A DNA stretch of 64,000 nucleotides from Nitrospirales bacterium (lineage in GTDB: Bacteria; Nitrospirota; Nitrospiria; Nitrospirales; UBA8639). This document shows positions 1 through 12,742 of this stretch, in pieces. The notes below the pieces were generated by a model that worked only from the letters and a program-made list of their open reading frames with translations, was not told where the DNA came from and made no database searches. The translations under genes and the position numbers were made by a program. Within the stretch, counting starts at the first letter, position 1, and each line of letters starts with the position of its first letter. Where the stretch lies: contig CBDBCZ010000015.1 in NCBI GenBank assembly GCA_965203295.1, positions 384,001-448,000 on the forward strand. The letters are read 5' to 3'.

Positions 1-610
1 CACTTAGCAAAGCAACCGTGCAAGTCTAATTTTTATACGACGTGTCCTTCCTGAGATAGAGCTGTTTTGCCTGATTTCGTACACTAAAAGCTTCAGCATT
101 AAAATTATTAGAAGAAATCGAGACAAATAGCGCTTTCTCACTCTATCTCGAGAACCATACGACGTATGAATATCGGGCTTGCACCGTTGCGTTGCTAAGT
201 GTCTGTACTTTCCAACGATATCCAAATCCTAGCGTTTGGAGAGTGTTTTGGCGTCCTTACACCGAAAAAAGACAAAATCCACTGTCCGATTATAGAGAGG
301 GTGACACGGCTCTACATTCAATAACACCCCTCCGCAAGTGATCGTCGATTTGAGAATGACAAAAATGCGGTGATCACCGAAAGTTGCTTCAGGGAGGAAA
401 CACGGAGCGGTGTCCGGCAATACATACTTTTGTCCGATCATAGCTGTGTCCGAATTTCAACTTTGGAAGGCTATAGCTCCAGAACCAAGACACGGAGAAA
501 CACCAAACTTTCAACCCGAAGTGCGCCCACTTCCAGTAATTTACGCGCTCGGCGCTAGCGCGTCGGAATATACCTGGTGGCCGATCATCAGTGGCTTACT
601 CTACTTTTAA
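1..610. mobile_element. CpG-rich repeat-like segment, possibly the right end of a non-autonomous DNA transposon ending at TTAA
   Basis: Markedly more CpG-rich than its flanks, with no credible ORF. Ends ...CTTACTCTACTTTTAA at ~610. The other end lies outside the window, so a TIR cannot be checked. Confidence 0.25.
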
Positions 611-847
611 ACTCCCAAATGCAATCTTATCACAAACTGCTACTCCACTGTTCGGTCTTTAACTGCAATTCACATCCAAAGCAATGTAGGGAAAGTCCAT
701 GTACTTTATACTACACTGACCCTGAGTATTCACTGGAACTCGGTAGAGAGCCTCTGTGGTTTTAATTGACACATGACATTATACATGCATAATATTCTTA
801 CATGGCATGGTATTCCTGTACTGGAATGTGCTGGGATGTGCTAGTGC

Positions 848-2754
848 AGAGAATGTGCAGCAGATTACAATACAATCACACATCACTCTACGTATTTCAC
901 TGTATTTTCACAAAGGCTGCAAGATGAGTGTGCAGAGGTGGAGAAAGAGAGGGAGTACTTTACCAAGCTAAGGGAAGAATTGCAGCCTGGAGATGGACAT
1001 GAAGGTGGAGTGCATGGTGCAGACTCACAATACAAAATCAACTGACTAAACTAGAGCTGGGATATACGTACTATGGGTCAAAGAATTTGGGTCTAATTTT
1101 TTTTTGTGGCCAGCATACCTGATTGTATTGCGATCTGCTGCACATTCTCTATTATACTACGATACGTAACTTTAAGTGCTACTGATTATTAATGGAGTTG
1201 TTGTAGGTGTCTACCATATAACTCTTGCACGCGCAATTAATGACAACTTATCAATCTTTCAATTGCTATAGGGTATGTACATAGCAAGTGGTGGAGTTGA
1301 ACCTTTACAAAGATTTGCAGTGGACAGCTTTATAATGTTAATGTCAGAGAGGGTACGAACAATCTCAGGCCTTGCGAAATATATATCATCCCAGATTTGG
1401 TAGGTATTGGGGTCAAAGTACAACCTAACCTATTCTTCTCAGCTTCCAATTCAGCAAGCCTGCGCTCTAACTGTGACTATTCATGTCTAATCCGTTTTTT
1501 GGCCTAGTAGCAACAAAGGAAAGGAAAATAAGTTCAAATATTGCACTGTAATATAACGATCATTGACAAGTCTCACCATTTGGACAGCTTTTTGGAACAC
1601 TTCAGACTCACTAATGTCTCTACTGCCACCATAAAGAAGCTAAAAATCAAAAAGACAATTGCTACATTATTCTGCATCCAAACTACATGGGTAAGAGTTG
1701 ACTCAATTAGTCTACCAGGCTATAAAATGGTTCGTAAAAACTCTGCTGCTGGTTGCTGGTAGTATACGTATACATCTGACATATGATCAGTTGTAATTTG
1801 GCAAAAACATGCATATGTACACATCACACATATACGTAAGTTACTTCTCTACATACATCATTCACAAATGGCTTTTACATACCACTCTTTCCAGGTCTGC
1901 TATCTTGCCATACAAGGCATCTCTCTCAGCTTGAGCTTGACTCATTAGCTGTTGGTGGGTCTCCAGAACTGCTGCCTATGAAGGAGAAGTATTGGGAGAA
2001 TCGTTTACACAGCAGTACATTCAACACGGCAGACTTGTCTCAATTGCACCCTTCTCATTTTTTCCTTTTGAGCTTCCTCCCTTTCTCTTTCAAGCCTCTC
2101 AATTTCTTCATGACCCAAAATAATCTCCCTAGAGCAGCAGTATGTAGATGTGGGCTGTATCTCAATTATCGCAAATAGCTAATATGTTTGTACACGTGTT
2201 CTAGCTGTTGAGGTGGGTAATATCCTACTAATAGTATGAACCTGTGTTCAAGCTGTTGCTTCAACTTTGTGATCTCTTGCTGATAGGCTGACAGCAGTGC
2301 TTTCTGTGACATGTCCTTGTTGATCTGCACAGTGTTCTTGATACTTTTTGCCCTGAGAATTCAAATGTGGATATAGAAAGAGAATACTGCTAAGAAAGAA
2401 CTGATAAGAAGCATAATCAACTGTTTTAATAAGTGTATATATAAAGACAAACCAATCTGAAGAAAACAAAATTAGCCAGTGACTCTGAACACAACACTAG
2501 GTGTGCTAGTAGTGATGGCTGCCAGCAGATACGTATACAACTCAACTATTACTAGTATGAAATATGTATGTGAACAGACTGCTACGTATTTGCATGTAAC
2601 ATTAATTGGAGGATAATAATAGCATGCTTCCCTTACACCAGAGTAAATTCTCATGCTACATTTTCATTGTGGGTGTAATTACGTGCAAATAAGTACTGGA
2701 TACTGGTATATTATATGTATGTACATGCGTACCTCTGTTTTTTCAAATCTTATA
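848..2754 (-). pseudogene. Kinesin neck/coiled-coil gene fragment, copy 1 (inverted paralogue of 9741-11600; last exon flipped to + at ~848-1119)
   Basis: 1121-2754 is the reverse complement of 9741-11371. Minus-strand exons translate to ...KLKQQLEH, LLYGGSRDISESEVFQKAVQM and AKKRIRHE*SQLERRLAELEAEKNR (in-frame stop). Confidence 0.6.
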
Positions 2755-4599
2755 CTGGGTTATTGCTGCATACATAATTCATTGCACTTATGTTTTGTAC
2801 ATGTACAGTACCTTTTGGCAAATTTGAGTGTATTGAGTGACTCTGCATACTTACTAGAGACATGCTAGCTGCACTGTTGTTCACACAAAACCTATCATAC
2901 GTACACATATGTGTGTATGTATGTGAACGTGCTAGTGTAATACAACTTCTAGCTAGTTAGCAGCCTAACAGATGCTGTCCATGGAAGTGTAAGGTATTAA
3001 TAATATTTCCACTTACTTAGTAAACCATAAACATAATGCAATGTATAATTAGGAACAGTTAATATGTATACAGTAACCTATCCAACTATATTGTAGACTT
3101 CAGATCCACATATACATACATAGCTCTTTCTTAGGTGTTGCTACAAATTGCATGGCCTCTTTGACTAACCCTTCAGGGTGTAAGACATGAAGATAGTGCA
3201 CTGAGCAGCTGGATAAGAAATGCACGCAACAGCCAATAAAGTACCATGCACCCATTTGAATGTGATGTGTATTGAAAACTGCCAAGTTGATAGCCTGGGC
3301 GCACATATTGTAGCCATATGTACTTTCTTGTCGTTTATAAATATCACTACTAACAGTCCACATGAACAGAGAGCAGAACTGTAGCCATGGGAAGGAAGGA
3401 CAAACTACGTACATGTATATGGAGCTGACATATACCTGTACATGTAGCAAAAGTGACATACTGTTCATGCAAGTAATGGCTGCCAAGTGGAGGCAGTGTA
3501 CACTACAACATTCCCAAGTTATTACATTTAGCTGATCTACTGCTGTTCATACATGTACACAGGCTTTGATTACTCTGCTCCTGGAAGCCACACTGTATGT
3601 ACTGTATTGACTGGCAGACACTACAAAGAAATAATGGGATCAACACAAGAGGGTGATTAATACAGGGTTGAATGCTTTGATACAGTTATAAATCCCTTTC
3701 TTCCTTAAATTTTGTTTTGATTGTGCTTTCAATTATACGTAAATGGTAGTGTCAGCAATTAATTTGCTATGGAATAGGAAGATAATATCCATTCATTGAA
3801 CCAAGTCAGACTCACTGTTTATCCCCCATGACTGAAAATCCTGTAGATATATATCATGCATTCCTACTTCAGGCCCAGCATCATCCACGTGGACAATTAA
3901 TTGCAAAATAATTTACAAGCTCAATCAGCATTATCTCAAATTATGAAGAGTAGGCTTGAGATAAATGCTATTCTCCAATTCTTTGATTTTTATTTCAAAT
4001 TATTTCTCAAGTAACAGCTTTTGCTACACTGTAACAAAAATTATTAAGTGAGCATTCTAGGAAAGACAAGTATGATGACACTAATACACCGATCACTTGA
4101 TCAGACGCAATTGATACTATCATAGAGTGCTAGCTAGCCACTCCACCAAAGAAAACTATTGCCAGTCCTCTTGCATTGCCGGCGGGAGGGCAGGGCTGGC
4201 CCACTCATCTTGGCACATGCCACCAATAAACGATGAGGTTTGCTACTACTCTAGAATCATGCTTTATGCTAATGTCTTGCTATTATTTTCAGCATAATTA
4301 TTTCAAGCCTCTAATGATAAGAACCTATATGTAAATCTAGCAAGCTGTATTGTAGAGTAAAAGGTGCTATTGAAAATTCAACCACAAAGGGCTACAATGC
4401 CGCATAGTTTCTTCATCAAGTGAAAGCACTATCACCCTGTAGAAACAGTTTAGTGACAATGAATATCCTGCATGACAACTACTTCAGTGGTGTAGCCTCA
4501 CCAGGTGCTGTATATGCAAAGCAGTACTCAAAAGAGAATGAAGACTGTACTACACTACATAGCTAGCATGTTTGTAGTTCACTGCTTCTGTGCAGTCGC

Positions 4600-4790
4600 T
4601 TATAATATATACTCATGTTGCGGCCATAACGCTTACATCATTGACCACGCACCCACATACACAGGCGGAGCTTGCAAGACCTCCAGTCAGAGGACAAGAG
4701 AAAGAGCAACCACATGTTTAATTAATCAACCAGTACCATCCTGATTGACATATAATTTATTCTTCCAGATTTATAATATTAACTCTTAAC
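4600..4790 (-). mobile_element. 3' tail fragment of the window's LINE family
   Basis: Matches 40885-41050 (CATTGACCAC...CTCCAGTCAGAGGACAAGAG...TATAA.TTATTCTTCCA) and the reverse complement of 22230-22350. Confidence 0.6.
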
Positions 4791-4876
4791 TACAGTCACT
4801 AATGCTGAGCATGAACATTTGTTTGTGGGTGGATAGATAGAGGTACTGATTGCTAGAATACTACCAAGGTTCTCAC

Positions 4877-4992
4877 TAGTCTAGCTAGCTATCCCCAACT
4901 TCTCCCCACCTTGGGATCGCTTGCAGTATCTCGGCCGAGATACTGCAAGCGATCCCAAGGTGGGGAGAAGTTGGGGATAGCTAGCTAGACTA
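4877..4992. mobile_element. Perfect 116-bp palindromic MITE with TAG..CTA termini and 9-bp TSD (AcademH-like non-autonomous element)
   Basis: The arms pair perfectly about 4934/4935. GGTTCTCAC is repeated directly at 4868-4876 and 4993-5001. Confidence 0.8.
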
Positions 4993-5734
4993 GGTTCTCA
5001 CCACTATCCCAGGGGCTTGAGAAGGTGTTTCGGGATACGGAGGCTGGCGCAAGAGGCTGCACAGCGGCAGATAGTGTTTCCACACAGTGCAGAAAAAAAT
5101 TTTGGGACTGATTTGGCAGCTACAAAGAAACAGCAGTGACACTGTGTGAGCGTCACAGAGTCGGGGTGAAAAAAGACTGACTATGCCTCTGGGCTACCAT
5201 ATCAATGCAAGAACACAACAGTTGTACAGTGCAGACGAATATATTATGGACCATATATACTAACCATACAATAATAGACTAGTTATGGCTAGGTATCATC
5301 AATTAATGCATGAAATTAAAATCACATTCCTGTGTTATGCAATACTTCATCAGCAACAATTCAATATCACAATACATAAGACATAAAAACATACCCAACA
5401 AGCTCCTTTAGTTCCTTCAATCGGTCAGTGTAGTTCATAACAGCTGTAAGATATGATAGATCACTTTATCTATTCTTTGGGCAACTTCTTAATACTACAG
5501 CCTTATGATGTGTGTGTGTATACGTAGCATCGTTACCAGTCTCCACTCCCCACTTCTATGCACCTATAATAAAATCTGTGTGGCTATACAACAGTAACAA
5601 TAATATCTCTGGAGCAAGCTTAGTCAGTTGCAAAAAAAAGATAATGCTGCAGGAAAGTAGTAGCTACTACATAACTGCCAACCCTAAGCTGACTCAAAAA
5701 TGTAAATAAATTGCACTGTGCATTCTTATTTTTA

Positions 5735-5786
5735 TAGGGCTAGGGTTAGGATAAGGGTTAGAGTTCGGTTTGGGGCTAGGGTTAGA
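5735..5786 (+). repeat. Degenerate interstitial TTAGGG-like tract
   Basis: TAGGGCTAGGGTTAGGATAAGGGTTAGAGTTCGGTTTGGGGCTAGGGTTAG. A shorter tract is at ~56815-56830. Confidence 0.5.
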
Positions 5787-6710
5787 TGGTGTTAGCACTG
5801 TGCAGTTCATAGATTTATACAATGGTAACAGATTATTTTTATAAAATAGCACTGATTCACAAAATGCGGCCAATACACGTACATGCCTATATATGTATGT
5901 AAATATACATACTAACCTGTACAAATTTACTCACTCCGACGTAATACATATGCTGGAGAATTAAATCGCAAGATACAACCTGGAGTGGAGCCGGTTTATC
6001 TAATAATAAACTTACTATGAAGTATGAATACAGTAGTACGCACCCAGTACATTCCACAATGATGGAAATCCTACCTGTTCTGCAGTACGTGTATTTCTTC
6101 ACTCTGGGTCTTCATGTTATGGCAGCATGCCGTCTGCGTAGAACCTGCATTAATAGTGAGATTCACAATCAGTATTATACATATGGGCAAGTACAGCTCT
6201 ATGTTACGGTGAGCTGTATTGTAGAAGTGGAATTATGTACACCATTCTCCATATACTTGATCTGAGGTATAGGCCTAAAGAAATGTACATGAAACCATCT
6301 ATGATGAATCGCACAATTCATGGTCAAGCAGATGCAATCTATTCCTATAATTGCACAGCTGTCTTGATGCCGCTTTAGTTTACCACTCCCACAAGCTGTT
6401 GTCCTGACATGCATACATACCCCGTCAGCTTGCGCACTACAGCGCTAGCTAGTAGTCTACAATGTGTTCAACCAGATTCTTAGTATATGTGAGTATGCCA
6501 CTCAAATAATCCCGGTCTCCTTCATTAAAAATGTGGCTTGGGAATATAGGATCTAAAAAAAACATAACCACATATCGACTCACGCAAAGACACGAGGAGA
6601 GCACACTGCCTCTGGCATGGGACAAGTACGGTGTAGAGATGAACTGGGGGTGTGGCTGCCGATGTTGAGCCACACACACTCTAAGCTTTTACCACGTGGT
6701 GCGGTGTCAG

Positions 6711-9036
6711 ATGGACCCCAGATCGAAGTTATTAACTTTCGAAGGCTGTACCTACTTTCGGCAGCGACTAGTACTATCTACACTCAGCTCTCGACCAATG
6801 AGGATAGCTAGAGTACGAGGAGATGCAGATGAACCAGGACTAAGAGGTCTGAGTATATACACTGAAGGCAGTTTACCCACTAAATTTACTACCCAAGGTT
6901 TCATACAACTGCGGGAAACTGTACGGGTGAGTGGGTGGGGGTAGTGAATAAATTGTCAAATTATAGTTGCCTAGAGGAATATTTTTTAATCATCTGTGTC
7001 CAGTGATGTTGAAGAAATTATTCTAGGCTCAGGTCATTGTGGTGGTAGTCTTGCAGGCGAGACTCACTGAGCCTGAAGGTCGTTGCTTTAATGCATGTCT
7101 TGTGCAAGCCATAATTTGCAAGGAGCTACTCTAGTCTGCAGTACCTGCTCCGACGATCATTTTGTGCAATTTTTGCTAAGCTTGCAGTTTGTATACGTAA
7201 TAGCATGGGTTGCTGTGCAATTTAGGATGAATTGCACAAGTAATGCAACCAGGAAGGAATCAATTGCACGAGGCAAAGCCGAGTGCTATTTACCTTCCTG
7301 GTTGCATTACGAGTGCAATTCGAAGTGAATAGTGCATTTGGAACAACATCTGAGTTGTAATAAATTTGGACAGGGTGTAACAGCAATCATACTTATTTCG
7401 GAATACGTGATCAGTAGGTTCCTTGTTCATATATGAAGCCATCGAGATGGCAGGTTATGGCCTAGTGTACACTCCACTTTTGTGAGCTCTGCCAGCTGTT
7501 TAAGTAATCTGCCAAGAGAACGGTTTTTCAACACAAGCACTATAGTCATCTTTGCTTCCGAACACTTTAGGACCGTTGCTTTAATATGCTAGGGAGCCTG
7601 TTGGTACTACATGTAGCTGCTAGTCAGATATGTGTAGCTTATACTCTGCACTGATGAGCAGATGTTTTCAGTATATAAGCCCACCATTTACACATGTAGT
7701 AAAGCTACATATAAAGAGCTTGCTCCTGTGGTTTTATTTGATCTACAGTGCTTGAAGCAGGACTTCTAGACAAATTCACAAATGGTTCCAGGTTTGAAGT
7801 CAATGAAACAGATAAGGTTGCTGGTATATAATAATTTTTGTGTGTTTGATCTGCTGTTATTATGGTCTCCACTGTTTTTCCCAAAAACAGCTGGCAGTGG
7901 AGACTGGGAACGAGGGGTAATTACACTTCCAGTAAAGTTGTCTTTAGTAAATATTTTGTACATGTATATATGTATGTTTGGCTACAAAAAATAAATATCG
8001 GATTCTAGTTTCTCATCTACAGTATTTCTGTCGAAATTAGACTCTGTCACACTAAGTTATGCAATGGGTCATATCCGTTTGTGTGAATATACAGCATATC
8101 TATCCGTATATACGTAAGTGAGTAGACATGTCAACTTTCACCATGTGTTAGTCATCTATGATATTAGCCTCGTTCCCCTTCACTCAAAGGGCCCTTTACG
8201 AGGCCAGGGTACGAGGCTATATTAAGATATCATCAATGAGGCTGTAATGAGAGAGTGAGAATGTGGTGACTCTCACTCTTTGCTGTGAGCATCCTCACTC
8301 TGTGTGGTTTGCTGCATCAGGGAACTGAGAGCTCCAGTGACTTGCTAGAAGTAGCAATTGTATTCCTTGTACCCAGCCCTCCCTGCATTTCTCACCTGCT
8401 ATTTTTTTGATTGCAGGTGAAAAAGGCTTGGAGTACTGGGTGCGAGTTAATGTTTTCTGTTGCAATCAATTCAAATATCTACCTTAGCTTGCTTATATAT
8501 ATGTTCATGAAGTAATTCTTACTGGGGTCACAAACATCTGTAGGTAATAGTGTGTTCTGGATTACTAGTGGGAGGGAAATTGTAGTATGACTGCCGCTGT
8601 CAGCGATCGATTGGGTACTTCTTGGAGCCTCTGATGATGCTGGCTCCTTTTGCGAAATCTTCTGTTTGTGTCACACTTAGAGGTTAGGCTAACCAGTGGA
8701 CCAGATGATCCATCAGTGAGTACATACATGCTGTACATGTTATACCTCCTCCTCAAACAGCTTGTAATTAAGTATAGTGTCGGGGTCCACACGAGGAACT
8801 GAGAGAAGCTATGAGTCCTCTGGTGTTACCAGAAAGTAACCTGAATCACACTTGAGAGCCTGCATGTATGGCCAGCCTCTCTGCCCGGAATATACATGTG
8901 CCAAGGGCCTCTCATCAGTGGCACACACTTGATTTCTATACCTACGTATACATGTATTTCACAGGTGGACTACTACCGGATGTGTGTCCTACCACTCTTG
9001 AAGAAAATCCTACCAGTTGGTGAAGTTGAGCTGAAG
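6711..9036 (+). pseudogene. RCL1: RNA 3'-terminal phosphate cyclase-like protein, unprocessed and 3'-truncated pseudogene (4 exons)
   Basis: Exons: 6711-6846 (MDPRSKLLTFEGCTYFRQRLVLSTLSSRPMRIARVRGDADEPGLR), 7749-7811 (LLDKFTNGSRFEVNET), 8544-8715 (GLLVGGKL*YDCRCQRSIGYFLEPLMMLAPFAK...LRG/LTSGPDDPS) and 8965-9036 (VDYYRMCVLPLLKKILPVGEVELK). They are colinear with the RCL1 N-terminal part. Lesions: AT instead of GT donor at 7812, frameshift ~8558, TAG at 8583-8585, 4-nt insertion ~8683, and no downstream exons found. Confidence 0.9.
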
Positions 9037-9193
9037 GTACTACTTACATGTACATTAGATATTTATGACTAGTGCATGTCCTGTGAGCTGTTTGGAAGAC
9101 TGTGTATTATTGAACTACTTATGAAGTAGGTGTATATGGTGGGCAAGCAGAGATGCAGGTAATGAATCACTACTTGGGCATGCATGGTGCAAT

Positions 9194-9528
9194 ATAGAGT
9201 TTTCATTGACATCATCCGCATGTAGAAACTGTTACCAGGGCGTCATTTTGGTGGGCAGTAAAAGTACATAGCCATACTCATAAACACCGGAAGTTACTCT
9301 CGTACTCGTAGTCTAGATGGCAGATCCACTCAATTTATCCCGCCTGAAACTTCCTCACAGCGATAGTGGAGATACTGAATGCGTAAGTTCCCAGCAGCTC
9401 TTGTTTCTGAGATCACTGTTTGACATGCCAATCTAGTTGTACTTTGAGCAAAAATGGGCATAAACGGAACGTGACACGGATATACTACTGGAGCATGTGG
9501 TCTGTGACGACACGTGAAAACTCTCTAT
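9194..9528. mobile_element. Degenerate MITE with short TIRs (Harbinger/ISL2EU-like ends)
   Basis: Left end ATAGAGTTTTCATTGACATCA; right end TGACGACACGTGAAAACTCTCTAT. Confidence 0.45.
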
Positions 9529-10117
9529 TATGGCAGCAGCCGCAGCTGCATGCTCACTAAAAATGGATAATGATGTGAAAACCAAAATGTGAATAACTTT
9601 CCACTTTTAGTTTGAAGCCTGTTGGTCCAAAAGATCTCATCTTAGAATACATGTACATGTACGTGTATGTGTGATGCTACAAAGAAATTTAAGTACATGC
9701 CTATACTGAAAAAAGCAGAATCCATAAGAAGCAGAAAGAATATAAGATTTTGAAAAACAGAGGTACGCATGTACATACGTATATACCAGTATCCAGTACT
9801 TATTTTTACGTAATTACACCCACAATGAATAATTACCATGAGAATTTACTCTGGTGTAAGGGAAGCATGCTATTATTATTCTCCAATTAACGTTACATGC
9901 AAATACGTAGCAGCCTGTTCACGTACATATTTCATACTAGGAACAGTTGAGTTGTATACATATCTGCTGGCAGCCATCACTACTAGCACACCTAGTGTTG
10001 TATTCAGAGTCAGTGGCTAAATCTGCATTCTTTACACTTATTAAAATAGTTGATTATGCTTCATATCAGTTCTTTCTTAGCTGTATTCTCTTTTTATATC
10101 CACATTTGAATACTCAG

Positions 10118-11540
10118 GGCAAAGAGTATCAAGACCACAGCGCAGATCAACAAGGACATGTCACAGAAAGCATTGCTGTCAGTCTATCAGCAAGAGATGA
10201 CAAAGTTGAAGCAACAGCCTGAGCACAGGTTCATACTGTTAGTACGATATTACCCACCTCAACAGCTAGAACACATGTACAAACATACTAGCTTTTTGCG
10301 ATAATTGAGATACAGCCTACATCTACATATTGCTTCTATAGGGAGAATACCTTGGGTCATGAAGAAATTGAGAGGCTTGTAAGAGAAAGGGAGGAAGCTC
10401 AAGAGGAAAAAAATGAGAAGGGTGGAATTGAGATAAGTCTGCCTTGCTGAATCTACTGCTGTTGAAACGATTCTCCCAATACCTCTCCTTCATAGGCAGC
10501 AGTTCTGGAGGCCCACCAACAGCTAATGAGTCAAGCTCAAGCTGAGAGAGATGCCTTGTATGGCAAGATAGCAGACCTGGAAAAAGTGGTATGTAAAAGC
10601 CATTTGTGAATGATGTATGTAGAGAAGTAACATACGTATGTGTGATATGTACATATGCATGTTTTTGCTAAATTACAGCTGATCATGTTAGATGTATACG
10701 TATACTACCCGCAACCAGCTGCAGAGTTTTCACGAACCATTTACTAGCCTGGTAGACTAATTGAGTCAACTCTTACCCATGCAGTTTGGATGCAGAATAA
10801 TATAGCAATTGTCTTCTTAAATTTTCAGCTTCTTCATGGTGGCAGCTAGTAGAGACATTAGTGAGTCTGAAGTGTTCCAAAAAGCTGTCCAAATGGTGAG
10901 ACTTGTCAATGATTATATTGCATTTGAACTTATTTCCCTTTCCTTTGCTGCTACTAGGCAAAAGATCGGATTAGACATGAATCTGAGTCATAGTTAGAGC
11001 GCAGTCTTGCTGAATTGGAAGCTGAAAAGAAAAGGTTATCTTACATTGTACTGTTACCCAAATACCTTGCAAATCTGTACATACAGGGGATGATCATATT
11101 TCGCAGGGCCTGAGATTGTTCTTGACATTAACATTATAAAGCTTTCCACTGAAAATCTTTGTAAAGGTTCAACCCCACCACTTGCTATGTACATACATAG
11201 CACATGAAAGATTGATATAATCATGAGTTGTCATTAATTGCACATGCACTAAACTAGTCTATCCCAAGAATTATATGATAAATACCTACAACAACTCCAT
11301 TAATAACCAGTAGCACTTAAATTTATGTATCGTAGTATAATAGAGAATGTGGAGCAGATTACAATACAATCACACATCACTCTACATATTTCACTGTACA
11401 TTCACAAAGGCTGCAAGATGAGTGTGGAGAGGTGGAGAAAGAGAGGGAGAACTTTACCAAGCTAAGGGAAGAATTGCGGCCTGGAGATCGACAGAAGGTG
11501 GAGTGCATGGTGCAGACTCACAATACTAAATCAACTGACT
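10118..11540 (+). pseudogene. Kinesin neck-linker and coiled-coil stalk exons, copy 2
   Basis: Exon 10118-10228, (R)AKSIKTTAQINKDMSQKALLSVYQQEMTKLKQQ, resembles the kinesin motor end/neck (RAKxIKNxxxVNxDxxxALLxxYQxEIxxLKxQL). Later AG/GT-bounded exons read ENTLGHEEIERLVREREEAQEE, AAVLEAHQQLMSQAQAERDALYGKIADLEKV, LLHGG.. (4-nt CTAG insertion ~10846), AKDRIRHESES*LERSLAELEAEKK and LQDECGEVEKERENFTKLREEL. The motor core is absent. Confidence 0.65.
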
Positions 11541-12742
11541 AAACTAGAGCTGGCATGGGCCAAAGAAATTGGGTACAATTTATTTTGCGGCCAGCATACC
11601 CAGGTGAAAAAAGACTTTCACCACAATAAATCTTATAGTAAAGGAAAAACATATGGAGGGATGGAAAAAGACCATTTCGACCAACTATTAAGTTAATAAC
11701 AGCACAGTTCTTATGTACAGATGATAAATAAACGGTAACCTTTTGCTCATACTAAAATCACAAACCTTACAATTTGAGTCCAGCCCTTGGCTTTGACTCC
11801 GCAGATACAAGCCCTTCTCAGGTAGCACAAGCCCTCAACAAGTACAGATCACGACAGCAAGGTAACTATTACACATATAGAACTACCATGAACTATGGAA
11901 ATTTTTGGTCAGCTTTGCCAGCAGCTGTGATATTGCTACCAGCTGTACTACTTTAAAGCTCCCGCTGCAGCACTCTGGTAACCAATCACAGCCTAACCAA
12001 CATGGCTAGCACCAGCACTGGAACGACTACAATGCCTAACATGTGAACACACCATTCATTGCATTCAAATGATAGAAAATACAATGATACCGGTATATAT
12101 TGTCGAAGTATGATAGCATTATCTGTATACGTGTACCGTCATAACTACTGTTGCATTGTATGTGTAGGCACATACTCAGACTCTATGGGTATAGCTTCAT
12201 TACAAATTTCAGAGGATTTACTGGAGCATTTTGGGCTGTCTATTCTTCAACCATCACAGCTTCATGTTACTGCTATCTATGGTACGTTACATGAAAATAC
12301 AATGTATCATATGTACATTGATGTTTGCATGATGAAGGTTGCATTGAGAGAGGGTTATTTTATATGAAACATGCCACGCACGAACGGTAAGCACTAAGTA
12401 GAGTAATGAAGTACACATAACTCTCTCCCAGCTATGGGGTACACATACATACGTATGCGCCCGTATAATATAGGGGAAAGTATGTACTGTATATATCTTG
12501 ACATCTAATATATAAAATGCATCAACATTGTCATTGAAATGTTAAGCTTCTGTGTAGACATCAAGCACGCTGTGTATGCCAGGCAGTTTTGCGCGATGAA
12601 CCTATATTATAATAGCCCCATACCTGCATGCTGGATTGCAGCTATGTAATTTACCTGAGTCTCTAACGTGCAGCAGGTCATCTACATCAAGTAGTTAATC
12701 CTTTTAAATTTGGTCCACCTGGAGCCAGATTTCGGAACAAGA

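Noticed and set aside
4..765. Cluster of short overlapping ORFs suggesting a compact prokaryotic or viral insert
   Set aside because: No homology-like motifs or ribosome-binding pattern. The ORFs reflect locally higher GC/CpG in a probable repeat.
5735..5786. Telomere or chromosome-fusion scar
   Set aside because: Short, degenerate and on one strand only; more likely part of an interspersed repeat.
7812..8543. U12-type (AT-AC) intron in RCL1
   Set aside because: The donor is ATAAGG rather than ATATCCTT and the acceptor is AG. With the other lesions, a mutated GT is the simpler explanation.
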